Origin: Phycisphaerales bacterium
GTDB lineage: Bacteria; Planctomycetota; Phycisphaerae; Sedimentisphaerales; Anaerobacaceae
Assembly: GCA_020346325.1 (NCBI GenBank)
Contig: CP070782.1
Coordinates: 1,946,361 to 2,010,360 of the forward strand
Length of the DNA: 64,000 nt
Reading direction: 5' to 3'
Below, one piece after another: positions 9,859 to 18,821 of this stretch. Under the pieces are notes generated by a model. It ran no database searches. It saw only the letters and a list, made by a program, of their open reading frames with translations, and had not been told where the DNA came from. Position 1 is the first letter of the stretch. The number at the start of each line of letters is the position of its first letter. The position numbers were made by a program, and so were the translations under genes.

Positions 9859-10253
9859 TCGACCTTCGCCTGGTATTTCGACTCACAGCGGGTCATCAGG
9901 TTGTCGGCGTGAAACACCCCGGCTGCGGCCAACCTGCCTTCGACCACCACCTCCCGATTCTCAACAAAATTATCAGGGACGACCCCCTGGTACTGCACCG
10001 GAAGTTCCGACTCGGCACCGGCCAGCGTAAACCGAAGCGTCACGTTTTCCAGATCGCGCTGGACGCTGCCCGGCTTGACCCGCCCGGCCAGCCGAAACGA
10101 GTACTCGTGCGCGGCTGGACTCGTGGTCGAAAAATCGTCGACGGAATAGTAATAAGCCCAGGATGATTGCATGGTCTGGTACATGAAGTAACCAAGCCCT
10201 CCCCCAATCACAAGGATGCCCGCAAGTGCCTTCACCATCGTCTTGGTTTTCAT
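9855..10253 (-). CDS. ccmE: Heme chaperone CcmE, CxxxY variant
   Basis: N-terminal TM, RLAGRVKPGS, YQGVVPDNF, EVVVEG, LMTRCESKY (Cys replaces the heme-binding His). Confidence 0.93.
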   Translation of the reverse strand: MKTKTMVKALAGILVIGGGLGYFMYQTMQSSWAYYYSVDDFSTTSPAAHEYSFRLAGRVKPGSVQRDLENVTLRFTLAGAESELPVQYQGVVPDNFVENREVVVEGRLAAAGVFHADNLMTRCESKYQAKVE

Positions 10254-10349
10254 ACGAAGGTCCCCAACCTAATGAACATCAGCGGCGAACCGCTGCTTGC
10301 CTTAACTCCAGCTCCTTACGAGAACCTCTTGAGCGGAGTCCATGATTTT

Positions 10350-12002
10350 CTAGTAGTCCCTGGGGGAATGCCTGTTGCCATGACAGGACAAGAAGCACTG
10401 CCCATGAAAGATACCCAGGTCCTCAAACTCCAGCCGCCCCGTGCTGGGGTCCGGCTGGACAATAGCGATATCGAAGTTGATCAAATGGCTGTTGTTCAAT
10501 GCCGTCCCCTGAGACGCGCTGACCCCGTGTGGGTCGTGACACGCCGAGCATGGAATCCCATCCTCCAGGTGCTCTTTGTGCGCCGGAAAGCTCTCATCGT
10601 TCAAAATGCTATTCCTACTGTGGCACTGGTAACAGAGTTCGTAAGAACTGCTATTCTCCTGCGTGAAATCGGACATTTCATAGCGATAGGCCAGCAAATG
10701 CGGATGGACCGATCCGTGCGGCCCTTTCGACAGGGACGAGCTGTCGGAACTGTGGCAATCAGAGCAATAGATCTGCGTCGCCACGGTCATGGGCGGCTTC
10801 AGACTAGGGACCTGCTGGTTCGTGCCCGGCGCGGTCACCGGGTGAAACGATGGCCCGGAAGGATCGAAGGCCAGTCGGACATTCGTCTGAGTGATCTGCC
10901 TGGTCACCACCGGTCCGATACGGCCGGAACTATCCGCGTGGCACTTGAAGCATACCTCGTACTCGAACTGGGCACTCTGGATCGCCGCCCCGCTGGTGGT
11001 CATGCCCGAAGCGCCCTGCATCGCGGCCTGGATCAGCGGTGCCTGCGTCGTGCCCTGCTGAACGGTGTGGGGATTATGGCAATCGACACACTCGACGTGC
11101 GTAGGCACGGCACCGGGCGTCTCGCGCGGATCGTGAATCCCCTCGTACTGCACCACATCGTGCCGACTGAACTTGGCCAGATCGGCCCGGATATTCGTGC
11201 GCGCCACGGACCCATCATGGCAATTCAGGCAATTGTCCTCCAAGCGCGCGAAATGGAGCAACCGTTCGCTCCCCCCTGCCCCGTGGGGCCGGTGACACGC
11301 CGAACATCCGGCATCCGCCAGCGTGCCATAGGTAGTGCTCTGGAGGTAGGGGTCGCTCGCTGCGCCCACAGGCACATTGGAGCTCTCATGGCTCGACGCG
11401 ACCCAGCCGGTCAGATCATGGCAACTGGTGCACATCCGCGATCGATCGTTCGGCATCACCAGAAAATCTCCGAACCGGTTGTCGTGCGGATCGTGACAGG
11501 TCGTGCACTGCAATTCGTTGGAACGATCGAGCTTCAACTGTTCGGGCAGCGTCAGAGGCGGTCGAATGTGCGGATCGCGCGCCGACAACGTCGAGGAATA
11601 CACGAAACTGATCGGATGATCGTCGGACAGATCGGTCCCCAGGTTGGCACTGCCCGGGGCGATGTACGTGCTGCCCGTAATGCCGCCGGTGAGACTCTCG
11701 GTCAGTGCGACCGTACCGTCGTGACAACTCAGGCATAGTTTGCTGGAACCCGTGGGTTGGCCCACATCCGCTTCGAGCGACGAACTCTGATAGATCTGGT
11801 AGACCGCGGTAGAGAGCTTGTGGCTCCACAAAGGCGTGCCGGCCAGGGCCCCGTGCGGCGTGTGGCAGAAGCTGCACGTCGCGCCCCCGGCCACCGCCGA
11901 CAGATCGTGAGGTGACCCTTCAATCTGCGCCGAGGCCGACGAGATTGCACCAGTCAGCACCAGTACCGATAGGATTATCATATAGATCCGACGGTTGCTC
12001 AT
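10350..12002 (-). CDS. Secreted multiheme cytochrome c (11 CxxCH + 1 CX3CH) with OmcE-like N-terminal domain
   Basis: Signal peptide. SPHDLS..CSFCHTPH..PLW..SKLCLSCHDG..ANLGTDLSDDHPISF..CTTCHDPHDN..CTSCH, followed by eight more heme motifs. Confidence 0.92.
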   Translation of the reverse strand: MSNRRIYMIILSVLVLTGAISSASAQIEGSPHDLSAVAGGATCSFCHTPHGALAGTPLWSHKLSTAVYQIYQSSSLEADVGQPTGSSKLCLSCHDGTVALTESLTGGITGSTYIAPGSANLGTDLSDDHPISFVYSSTLSARDPHIRPPLTLPEQLKLDRSNELQCTTCHDPHDNRFGDFLVMPNDRSRMCTSCHDLTGWVASSHESSNVPVGAASDPYLQSTTYGTLADAGCSACHRPHGAGGSERLLHFARLEDNCLNCHDGSVARTNIRADLAKFSRHDVVQYEGIHDPRETPGAVPTHVECVDCHNPHTVQQGTTQAPLIQAAMQGASGMTTSGAAIQSAQFEYEVCFKCHADSSGRIGPVVTRQITQTNVRLAFDPSGPSFHPVTAPGTNQQVPSLKPPMTVATQIYCSDCHSSDSSSLSKGPHGSVHPHLLAYRYEMSDFTQENSSSYELCYQCHSRNSILNDESFPAHKEHLEDGIPCSACHDPHGVSASQGTALNNSHLINFDIAIVQPDPSTGRLEFEDLGIFHGQCFLSCHGNRHSPRDY

Positions 12003-13069
12003 CTTTGCGTGTCCTCCAGAAGAGCAAATATCTGGATGCGTTTGTTGAACGAATCGGCCACGTAGATTCGGCTGCGTGCATCGATGAAGATTCCGCCGGG
12101 CAGCCAGAATTCCCCTGGGCCCTTACCTTCGTGTCCAAACGCCATCAGGATACGTCCCTCGGAATCGAAGATCTGGACGTTCTCAAACTGGCGATCGGTG
12201 ACGTAGATGTTCCCGTGGCGGTCGGTGGCCACGGCGCACGGGTGCGCGAAATTACCCGGTCGGTCTCCCTGCTGTCCAAACATCCGCAGGAACATCCCCT
12301 CGGGCGTGAACACCTGGATTCGGTAATTGAGCGTGTCGCTGATGTAGAGCTGCCCGGCCGCGTCGACACAGAGATGAGTGGGGAAGTTGAACTGGCCCGG
12401 GTTCAACCCGCGACCGCCCAACTGCCTGAGGAATCTCCCGTTGAGATCGTACGCATACACGGTATGGGCCGCGGTATCGGCCACGTAGACAACGCTTCCG
12501 CCCGGTCCGCAGGCGATGCCCGAAGGCCGCTGGAGACGTTCGCTTCCGAAGGCGAAGAGAAACGTGCCGTCTTTGTGGAAGACGCAGATCTGTCGCAGAC
12601 CGCTGTCCGTAACGTAGAGCCGGTCGGCGTACAGCGCTAACCCGACGGGCTTTTGCAGCATCTGGCCGTCGGCGAGTTGTGAGAATTGGCGGTAGTCGCG
12701 ATTGCTCAGGTTGAACATGTGGACCGCCGCACCGGCCGAGTCGGCCACGAACATCACGCCCGTCCCATCCACGGCCACCGCGTAGGGACAGACCAGCACA
12801 CCGACGGCGCCCTTGCCAAATACCAGTTCGCCCAAACCTTGCAGCCAGGACTTACCCTTCTGCAAATCCTTCTCAGTCAGCACCTGGCCCAGGTACATGA
12901 TCCGCGCCTGTTCGGGCGGCTCGGGCCATACCGGCTGAGCCTGCGCCGTGCCGATGCGATCGGGCGACTGAGGCGCGCAACCGGCGCCGCTGATTGCCAG
13001 GCCCGCAGCCAAAACCCATGGCCACACCCAACAATGACGCCCGCCAAATCTCCTGGCTGTTCTGATCAC
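11999..13069 (-). CDS. NHL-repeat six-bladed beta-propeller lipoprotein
   Basis: WPEPPEQARI.Y motif, repeated F..P..I.VD..G..YV.D..N.RIQ.F units, lipobox-like GAGC. Start at GTG 13069 after GGAG. Confidence 0.9.
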   Translation of the reverse strand: MIRTARRFGGRHCWVWPWVLAAGLAISGAGCAPQSPDRIGTAQAQPVWPEPPEQARIMYLGQVLTEKDLQKGKSWLQGLGELVFGKGAVGVLVCPYAVAVDGTGVMFVADSAGAAVHMFNLSNRDYRQFSQLADGQMLQKPVGLALYADRLYVTDSGLRQICVFHKDGTFLFAFGSERLQRPSGIACGPGGSVVYVADTAAHTVYAYDLNGRFLRQLGGRGLNPGQFNFPTHLCVDAAGQLYISDTLNYRIQVFTPEGMFLRMFGQQGDRPGNFAHPCAVATDRHGNIYVTDRQFENVQIFDSEGRILMAFGHEGKGPGEFWLPGGIFIDARSRIYVADSFNKRIQIFALLEDTQR

Positions 13070-13088
13070 GCGATAGCTCCTGGTACAA

Positions 13089-15127
13089 CTAGAAGCGCCG
13101 CTGCACTTGCAGGTACAGAAAGGCACTGTTGATTTCGTCGTCCCGGCGACTGAGGAAACTTAGTTCCGCGCCGAGTTTAGCACTCACTTGACGGTATCGA
13201 TACTGCAATTCCGTTTCAAACTGAAACCCTCTGGTCACGCCGAAGCGGGTGTCGTCTTCGTCGCGATAGTCGACACCTGCTGAGACGGTGCAGGTATTGC
13301 TCAAGCGGCTGAAAAGCTTGGCATCGCCCTTCAAGAGCTGGACATCGCGGGCATCCGGAGCGCCGAATTCCAGCCATTGGTTGGAGATGCCCACGCTCGC
13401 GCTGGTGGCCGGCCCCAGGAGCCAGCGATACTGGCCCGCCAGCTTCGTGCTGGTCGAGGGAACCTGGGTCGAGTCTTCGTCGCTGTATTCGGCCAGCAGG
13501 AAGAGCCCCTTGTGTGTGTAGTCGGCCGCGATGGTGTTGACGGTGTACCGGTCCGGCGTGATATCCGCCACCGTCGAGCTGACGTCCTGGTCCTGGCGAC
13601 GGTACGCGTAGTACAACGACACGCCATTGCCAAAACGCTGCCGAATGTTGAAGTAGTGTCGGAGCGTGTCCTCCTCGCGTTCAGGCTCGATGAAGAAATT
13701 GTAGTCGACGAAAAACGTCTGGCCTTCGGTGATGTTGGGGGGAATGGCTCCCAGGGTGGTGAGGTTCAGCCAGACCCGGCCGTCCTGTTCGGTGATGGTA
13801 TAGTCATCGCCTTCCTGGAAAAGGCTGCCATCGGTGTCTTTGACCCGAATCGAGAGCACGTCGATGTTCGTCCGGTCCAGTTGCACCGGAAAGATGTCAG
13901 TGGCGGTATGCGATTCGTCGATGACCACACCGGTACCGCCGCCACCCGATTGCTCGCTCGTGGTATAACTGCCCGAATAGCTGCTCAAGAGCATGCCCCA
14001 GGGATTGTGCTTGCGGTAGTTGAGCCCGAGAATCCCCCCCTGTTGGTCGAGCGTGCCCTGCTCGTCGAGATCGGTCGTCGAAACAAACCCATCGAGCGTG
14101 GTCACCAGGCTCTCGTACAGGCGGTGCTCCACACCCGCCTGCCCGCGGATCTCCTCGCTGCTCAATGTTTCTCGCTGGAGGTCCGTCAGACGCACATCGT
14201 ACTTCGTCAGCAGGCTGGCGTGTGCTGCAGCCGCAGACGCTCCTGCCACCGCAGGTTCTCGTATTCGAACGAGCCTTCCTGATCGACGAAGTTGAAGAAT
14301 GAATCGAGGCGATGTTGCTTGTCGCCCCCGAATCCATAGTCATGGGAAAACGTGTAGGTGTCCGTCTCCGTATCGACCAAGGCACCGATGCTCTCCTGAA
14401 TCGAATCGGTGCGGTCGAAGTTGAAGCGAGCATGCGACGTGTCACTGAAGTTGTGGTGCACCGAATACCGGAGGCGCTCGTCTTCTCGTCGGAAGAAATC
14501 GCCGGCAACAGGATTCAAGCCGTTCTGATTCGTGTCATTGTTGCTGTATTGAAGCATCATCGGCCAGTCGGCCGACCGGAGGAAGAGCGAGCCACCTTCG
14601 CTTTCCCGTTCAGTCCGAAGCGACCCGAGGAACTGCCGCGCGATCAGGTCTTCCGACTTGCTGGCGTCGACCGTTCCGGAAAGAGGTTTGGCACGTAGAA
14701 ACTGAGCGAAAAGATTGTAGTCACTGAGAGTATCGTCATCCCAGCCCGACACGTCGTCGGACTCGATGCGTTGTTGGGCCAGCCCCACCCCGACGGCGAC
14801 ATCGTAGTTCATGAAGTCAGGATGGTATACATCCCCTTTCGTCCGAACGCGCAGCCGCTCTTCGAAAACCTGCGTCTCGCTCTCGCGCCGATTTCCATCG
14901 GTCCCCTGCTCATCCTTGCGATATTCGACCACCCCTTCCAATTCGCCGTGAACGCCCTCGCTGCGAACGAGAGGCCGCGGGCGACCCTGTACGTTGACCT
15001 TGCAGCCAGCCAGCGTCATTAGGCCCAGCGCGCAGCATGCTAGGCCCTGGAGGCCCTTACGGCCCAACCCTGTTTGTCTGCGACCAGATTGTCGTTTCCG
15101 GAAAGATCGGTTCAAGGAGTCCCTCAC
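13089..15127 (-). pseudogene. Outer-membrane beta-barrel (porin of a porin-cytochrome conduit) split by a 1-bp frameshift near 14217
   Basis: ORFs 14207-15127 and 13089-14249 join into a 679-aa protein if one base is added (CAC ACG CC[C] AGC CTG CTG = HTPSLL). Amphipathic beta-strands throughout, C-terminal Phe (LYLQVQRRF), lipobox LAGC. Could be a sequencing error. Confidence 0.8.
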
Positions 15128-16248
15128 GGCTCTGGTTGCAGCGGTCCTTCGTTTTGTGTCTGGTTCAAGGTCCGGTCGATCTCGGCCAGATAGCGCTGTA
15201 CCGTCTGCCTGATCGGTTCCAACAGATCTTCACTGCGCGAGAGCTCGGCAAAGCCGGCCCTGGCTTCGGCCAAACGTCCCGCGCGGTATGCTTGAATGCT
15301 CTGGTAGTAGAGACCGGCCAAAGTCCTCTGGCGCGCGCTTCTCTGCTCCTCAACCGCAGCCAGCGCCGCCGACAGTTCGGCGCCCGCGCTTTCGGGCGGT
15401 GTCTCCGTCTCCAGTAGCGCGCTGACCTGCTGCACGATGGCAGTGATGCTTTGGCACTCATCGGCAGTGACGGTTTCGCCTTCGGCAATGACTTCCAACG
15501 TGGCCCGCGCTTCCCACAGGCGACCGTTCTCCAAATGGTCGGCCGCCGTCCGCAGCATGGCGGAAATGCCCTGGCCCTCCGCCAGGCTGTTCCGCGCAGT
15601 TTGCAGGGCCCGCTCGTATTGCTGCCGATCGGCCTGCAACCGATACGCATGGCCGGCCTCGCTTTCAAGAAACGCCGGTTGCAGAAGATAGCGCGTGACA
15701 CCGGTATGTCCGGCGTGGCAATCGAGACACTGCGCGTAGGATGTTTCCGCGTGATTAGGGATCAGACCCAGGGCTTCGGGGTCGTGACATTGATGGCACA
15801 GATCCGGAACAGCGCTCGTCAGCAGGAATGGGGTCCTGGTCTTGTGCGGCTCGTGGCAGAACAGGCACTCGCCGGTGGTAACCGGACCGTGGATCCAGCC
15901 GGCCAGCGTCGCATACTCGGCGTGACACTGGAAACAAAGCTGAGGGGCCTCCGCAACCAACTGTACCTCGCGGGAGAAACGCGCCCGTCGTCGACTGGTA
16001 TGGCATTGTGTACAGTCCTTCAGCGGCTCGTGGACGTACCAGCCGCCGGTCGCAAGACGGCCTCCGCCCCCCGGCTCGTTCGAATCGAGCGGCCCGAATT
16101 CAGACACCTTGCCCGGCAACGGCGGCACTCCGTCGAAAAAGAACGCCATCGTCTGGTGACGCTTGTCCTCGTCGCAACTTGCCAGCACAAGAAACACGAG
16201 CACGAGCCCGAACATGACGCGAAACGACCTGTTCCAAAGTATCGCCAT
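15124..16248 (-). CDS. Pentaheme cytochrome c lipoprotein with C-terminal TPR-like helices
   Basis: Lipobox LASC, FFFDGVP motif, 5 CxxCH, HGPV repeat, helical C-terminus. Confidence 0.9.
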   Translation of the reverse strand: MAILWNRSFRVMFGLVLVFLVLASCDEDKRHQTMAFFFDGVPPLPGKVSEFGPLDSNEPGGGGRLATGGWYVHEPLKDCTQCHTSRRRARFSREVQLVAEAPQLCFQCHAEYATLAGWIHGPVTTGECLFCHEPHKTRTPFLLTSAVPDLCHQCHDPEALGLIPNHAETSYAQCLDCHAGHTGVTRYLLQPAFLESEAGHAYRLQADRQQYERALQTARNSLAEGQGISAMLRTAADHLENGRLWEARATLEVIAEGETVTADECQSITAIVQQVSALLETETPPESAGAELSAALAAVEEQRSARQRTLAGLYYQSIQAYRAGRLAEARAGFAELSRSEDLLEPIRQTVQRYLAEIDRTLNQTQNEGPLQPEP

Positions 16249-16354
16249 ATGCCAATCTACACGCTCTTGTATGGGATCGAACTCCTATGTCGCAAAGTCT
16301 GCCTCCCTGCATCCTGGGCTCGGGCCTCGGCGTCGAACGCGGTCGGCCAGACGG

Positions 16355-17740
16355 TCACGGCCGTGTGCCCGACTCGCGCGATAAGCGGCTGTCAATGTCC
16401 TGGAGATATCCTTCAAGGGTCTCGCGCATGGGCGGCGGAATCAGCCCACTGTCAATGACCTCGACGAAGCCGGCTCGCGCCTCCGACAGACGACCGGCAC
16501 GGTAGAATGCCATGCTCCGGTAGTAGAGTTGGGCAATCTCCTCCGCGCGCTGGGATTCCTGCGCTCCGGGCCCTCGCCGCCGAGTCTCCGGTGACACGGT
16601 CGGCGCGGGCGCGGCCTGAGCCTGCGGTACAGGCCGCGCCGCCGTCTGCGATCTATCCACAGGAAAACGACCGAAGCCATAGACGCTGACCTTGTTTGGG
16701 CCGTACTGGTTGGACACGAGCGCGAGGAACTCGATCTTCGCGCCTCTGACCGCGTAACGTTCGAACAAGCCTACGTTGTCATAATCCAGGACGATCTTGG
16801 CCGGCAGGTTCATCATGCCGGGGGCGTTGCCGGGTAGACCGAAGAACAGCAAAAGGCGACCCTGTTCATCGTAGATCTTCGCAACCTCCGTGGAGGCATC
16901 AACCACCCACAGGCGACCGTTCCTGTCCACTGCCACGCCTTTGGGGCGCACCAGTTCGTCGATATTGTCACCCAGTCGGCCCAGCGTGCGTATCAGGCCT
17001 CCGGAGCCGTCGAACTCAAACACCTTGGCTTTGAGCTTGTCCGTGACGTACAGATGATCCTTGGGGCCAAACGTCAGATCGCTGATCAGCTTGAACTGCT
17101 GCTCCCCATCGCCTGCGTCGCCAATGCGACCAGCTTCGACACCTGTCGCCTTGTCGAGCACGACCACTTGATTGCTGGCGAAATCAGTGACATAGCAGTA
17201 CGGGCCGCGGACCACGACGTCGATGGGGTTGATCTTCAACTCCTTGCCCAGAATCGCCCGGAGTGTGTCACTACGATCGAATACGAAAACAGCCCCCGCC
17301 GTCGGATCGGCCACATACTTCGTGCCGTCGTTCTGAACGTGGATGTTGACCGGGTTCATCAGCCGGCGATCGTCGGTCAAGTAGCCGAACGAACGGTTTT
17401 TCAGATCCAGTACCGCCACCCGCCGGCGGCCGACGTCACAGACGTACAGCTTACCCTCAAAAATGCCTAGACCGTAGGGCGTCGTGATCCCGTCCTGCGG
17501 CTCCGCGTCACCCAAGACGAATCTCTCGAACCCACTCGGGCCAGGCGCACCAAGATCAGCAGCGCCCGAAAACGACGCCAGGAACTGTAGCCGAGGCTGC
17601 TCCGGAAGCGGCGGGAAGAAGACCGGATTCGCAATGTCGGGCGCCGTCTTCCCAGCGCGGCAGCCGCCAGAAACGCACGGCATCAGGAGGGCCACCACCA
17701 GAGCTAAACCCCTGTAAAAACAAGGATTATAAATCCACAT
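16355..17740 (-). CDS. NHL-repeat beta-propeller lipoprotein with C-terminal helical module
   Basis: FFPPLPEQPRLQFL motif, NHL repeats, C-terminal LYYRSMAFYRAGRLSEARAGF. Confidence 0.88.
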   Translation of the reverse strand: MWIYNPCFYRGLALVVALLMPCVSGGCRAGKTAPDIANPVFFPPLPEQPRLQFLASFSGAADLGAPGPSGFERFVLGDAEPQDGITTPYGLGIFEGKLYVCDVGRRRVAVLDLKNRSFGYLTDDRRLMNPVNIHVQNDGTKYVADPTAGAVFVFDRSDTLRAILGKELKINPIDVVVRGPYCYVTDFASNQVVVLDKATGVEAGRIGDAGDGEQQFKLISDLTFGPKDHLYVTDKLKAKVFEFDGSGGLIRTLGRLGDNIDELVRPKGVAVDRNGRLWVVDASTEVAKIYDEQGRLLLFFGLPGNAPGMMNLPAKIVLDYDNVGLFERYAVRGAKIEFLALVSNQYGPNKVSVYGFGRFPVDRSQTAARPVPQAQAAPAPTVSPETRRRGPGAQESQRAEEIAQLYYRSMAFYRAGRLSEARAGFVEVIDSGLIPPPMRETLEGYLQDIDSRLSRESGTRP

Positions 17741-18032
17741 ACCCTCTTTCTCGTCTAACTGGACCGCCCCCCTTTAGCAATTCTCGGCAGGTGGCCGGTG
17801 CCTTGAACTACCGGATTCTCCCCACCTGTCGCCGCGTCTGAGTATCTATATGGCAGCGCGACCTTTTATCGGCCCGGGATGCCTTTCCTCCGCCAGGGAC
17901 TCAGCGAGCGAAATCGGTTCCTGAGACGGGACATCGATGCGCAAAGATCAAGACGGATGGGAGCGAACTGAGGGGCGACATCACAGGCGTCCCGAACATA
18001 GCGTCTTCAGTGTCAGGATGGTGGCCGAGGTT

Positions 18033-18656
18033 CTATTTCATGTGGCACATGCGACACAGTTCGGGGCCGTGATGCACCGGCGACGTCGAGCCATCGGGAT
18101 TCTCGACGCTGCCAAAGCCATAGTCATAGCCGCGCAATTGATGCTGACCGATTCCGGAGGTGTGCACGTCGTGGCAACTGTTGCACTGCATCTTGCTCTC
18201 TGGATCCAACAGATCTTCAGCAATGGTGCGGCCAAGCGTGCTCGCTTCAGACGGATCTTTCAGCCCTCGGTCAAGGTTTGCCAGCGCCGAATCGTAGACG
18301 AAGGAAATGGGATGGCTGTTGACCAACTCGCCCGCCTCGAACTTGTCTTCATCGCTCATCCACAAATAGTCCGGATTCGCACCGTCATGACAACTCAAGC
18401 ACAACTTCGAGGCCCCGCTGGGCTGCCCGTCAATGGTGCCCTGGAAGGTCGCGCTGGAATACATCGTAAACGTCACGGTCGTCTCGCTCCCGTTCCACAA
18501 CGGCACGCCCGGCAACATCTCCGCGTTGTGCGGCACGTGGCACCCGTCGCAACCGGCGTCAGAGTGCGCCATCTGCGCCCAGGCGGCTACCCCCATGAAC
18601 AAGCCAGGGATGACGGCAGCAACACACACTCCTGCAAACCACCGCTTTATTTGCAT
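18033..18656 (-). CDS. Tetraheme cytochrome c, OmcE-like (candidate nanowire subunit)
   Basis: Strong AGGAGG RBS before ATG 18656, signal peptide. CDGCHVPHNA..PLWN..FTMYSS..SKLCLSCHDG..HPISF..QCNSCHDVH..LCRMCHMK has the same layout I recall for Geobacter OmcE. Confidence 0.88.
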   Translation of the reverse strand: MQIKRWFAGVCVAAVIPGLFMGVAAWAQMAHSDAGCDGCHVPHNAEMLPGVPLWNGSETTVTFTMYSSATFQGTIDGQPSGASKLCLSCHDGANPDYLWMSDEDKFEAGELVNSHPISFVYDSALANLDRGLKDPSEASTLGRTIAEDLLDPESKMQCNSCHDVHTSGIGQHQLRGYDYGFGSVENPDGSTSPVHHGPELCRMCHMK

Positions 18657-18787
18657 CAGCACTCCTCCTTCATCAATTCTCCAGACCGCCAACCGGTCGA
18701 CTTTCAACTCACTCTCTTGCTCCAGGCGAACATTCTTATTCTACAAACTCCGCCTTTGAAAATCAATGCTTTTGCCCCATCGGACGT

Positions 18788-18803
18788 TTCTCAGAAATGA
18801 GAA
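18788..18803. promoter_or_regulatory. Perfect TTCTCA-N4-TGAGAA site upstream of the OmcE-like gene
   Basis: TTCTCA-GAAA-TGAGAA in an AT-rich intergenic gap; IHF-like AATCAATGCTTTT nearby at about 18761. Confidence 0.65.
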
Positions 18804-18821
18804 ATACGCATTTTCAGGATC

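Noticed and set aside
10167-11738. 523-aa plus-strand ORF, and similar long antisense ORFs such as 1718-2584, 22585-23874 and 30899-32161
   Set aside because: Shadow frames opposite well-supported genes; expected in GC-rich DNA and carrying no recognisable motifs.
14207-14209. Possible selenocysteine or stop readthrough at the porin TGA
   Set aside because: The downstream half is in a different frame, so a frameshift is required rather than readthrough.
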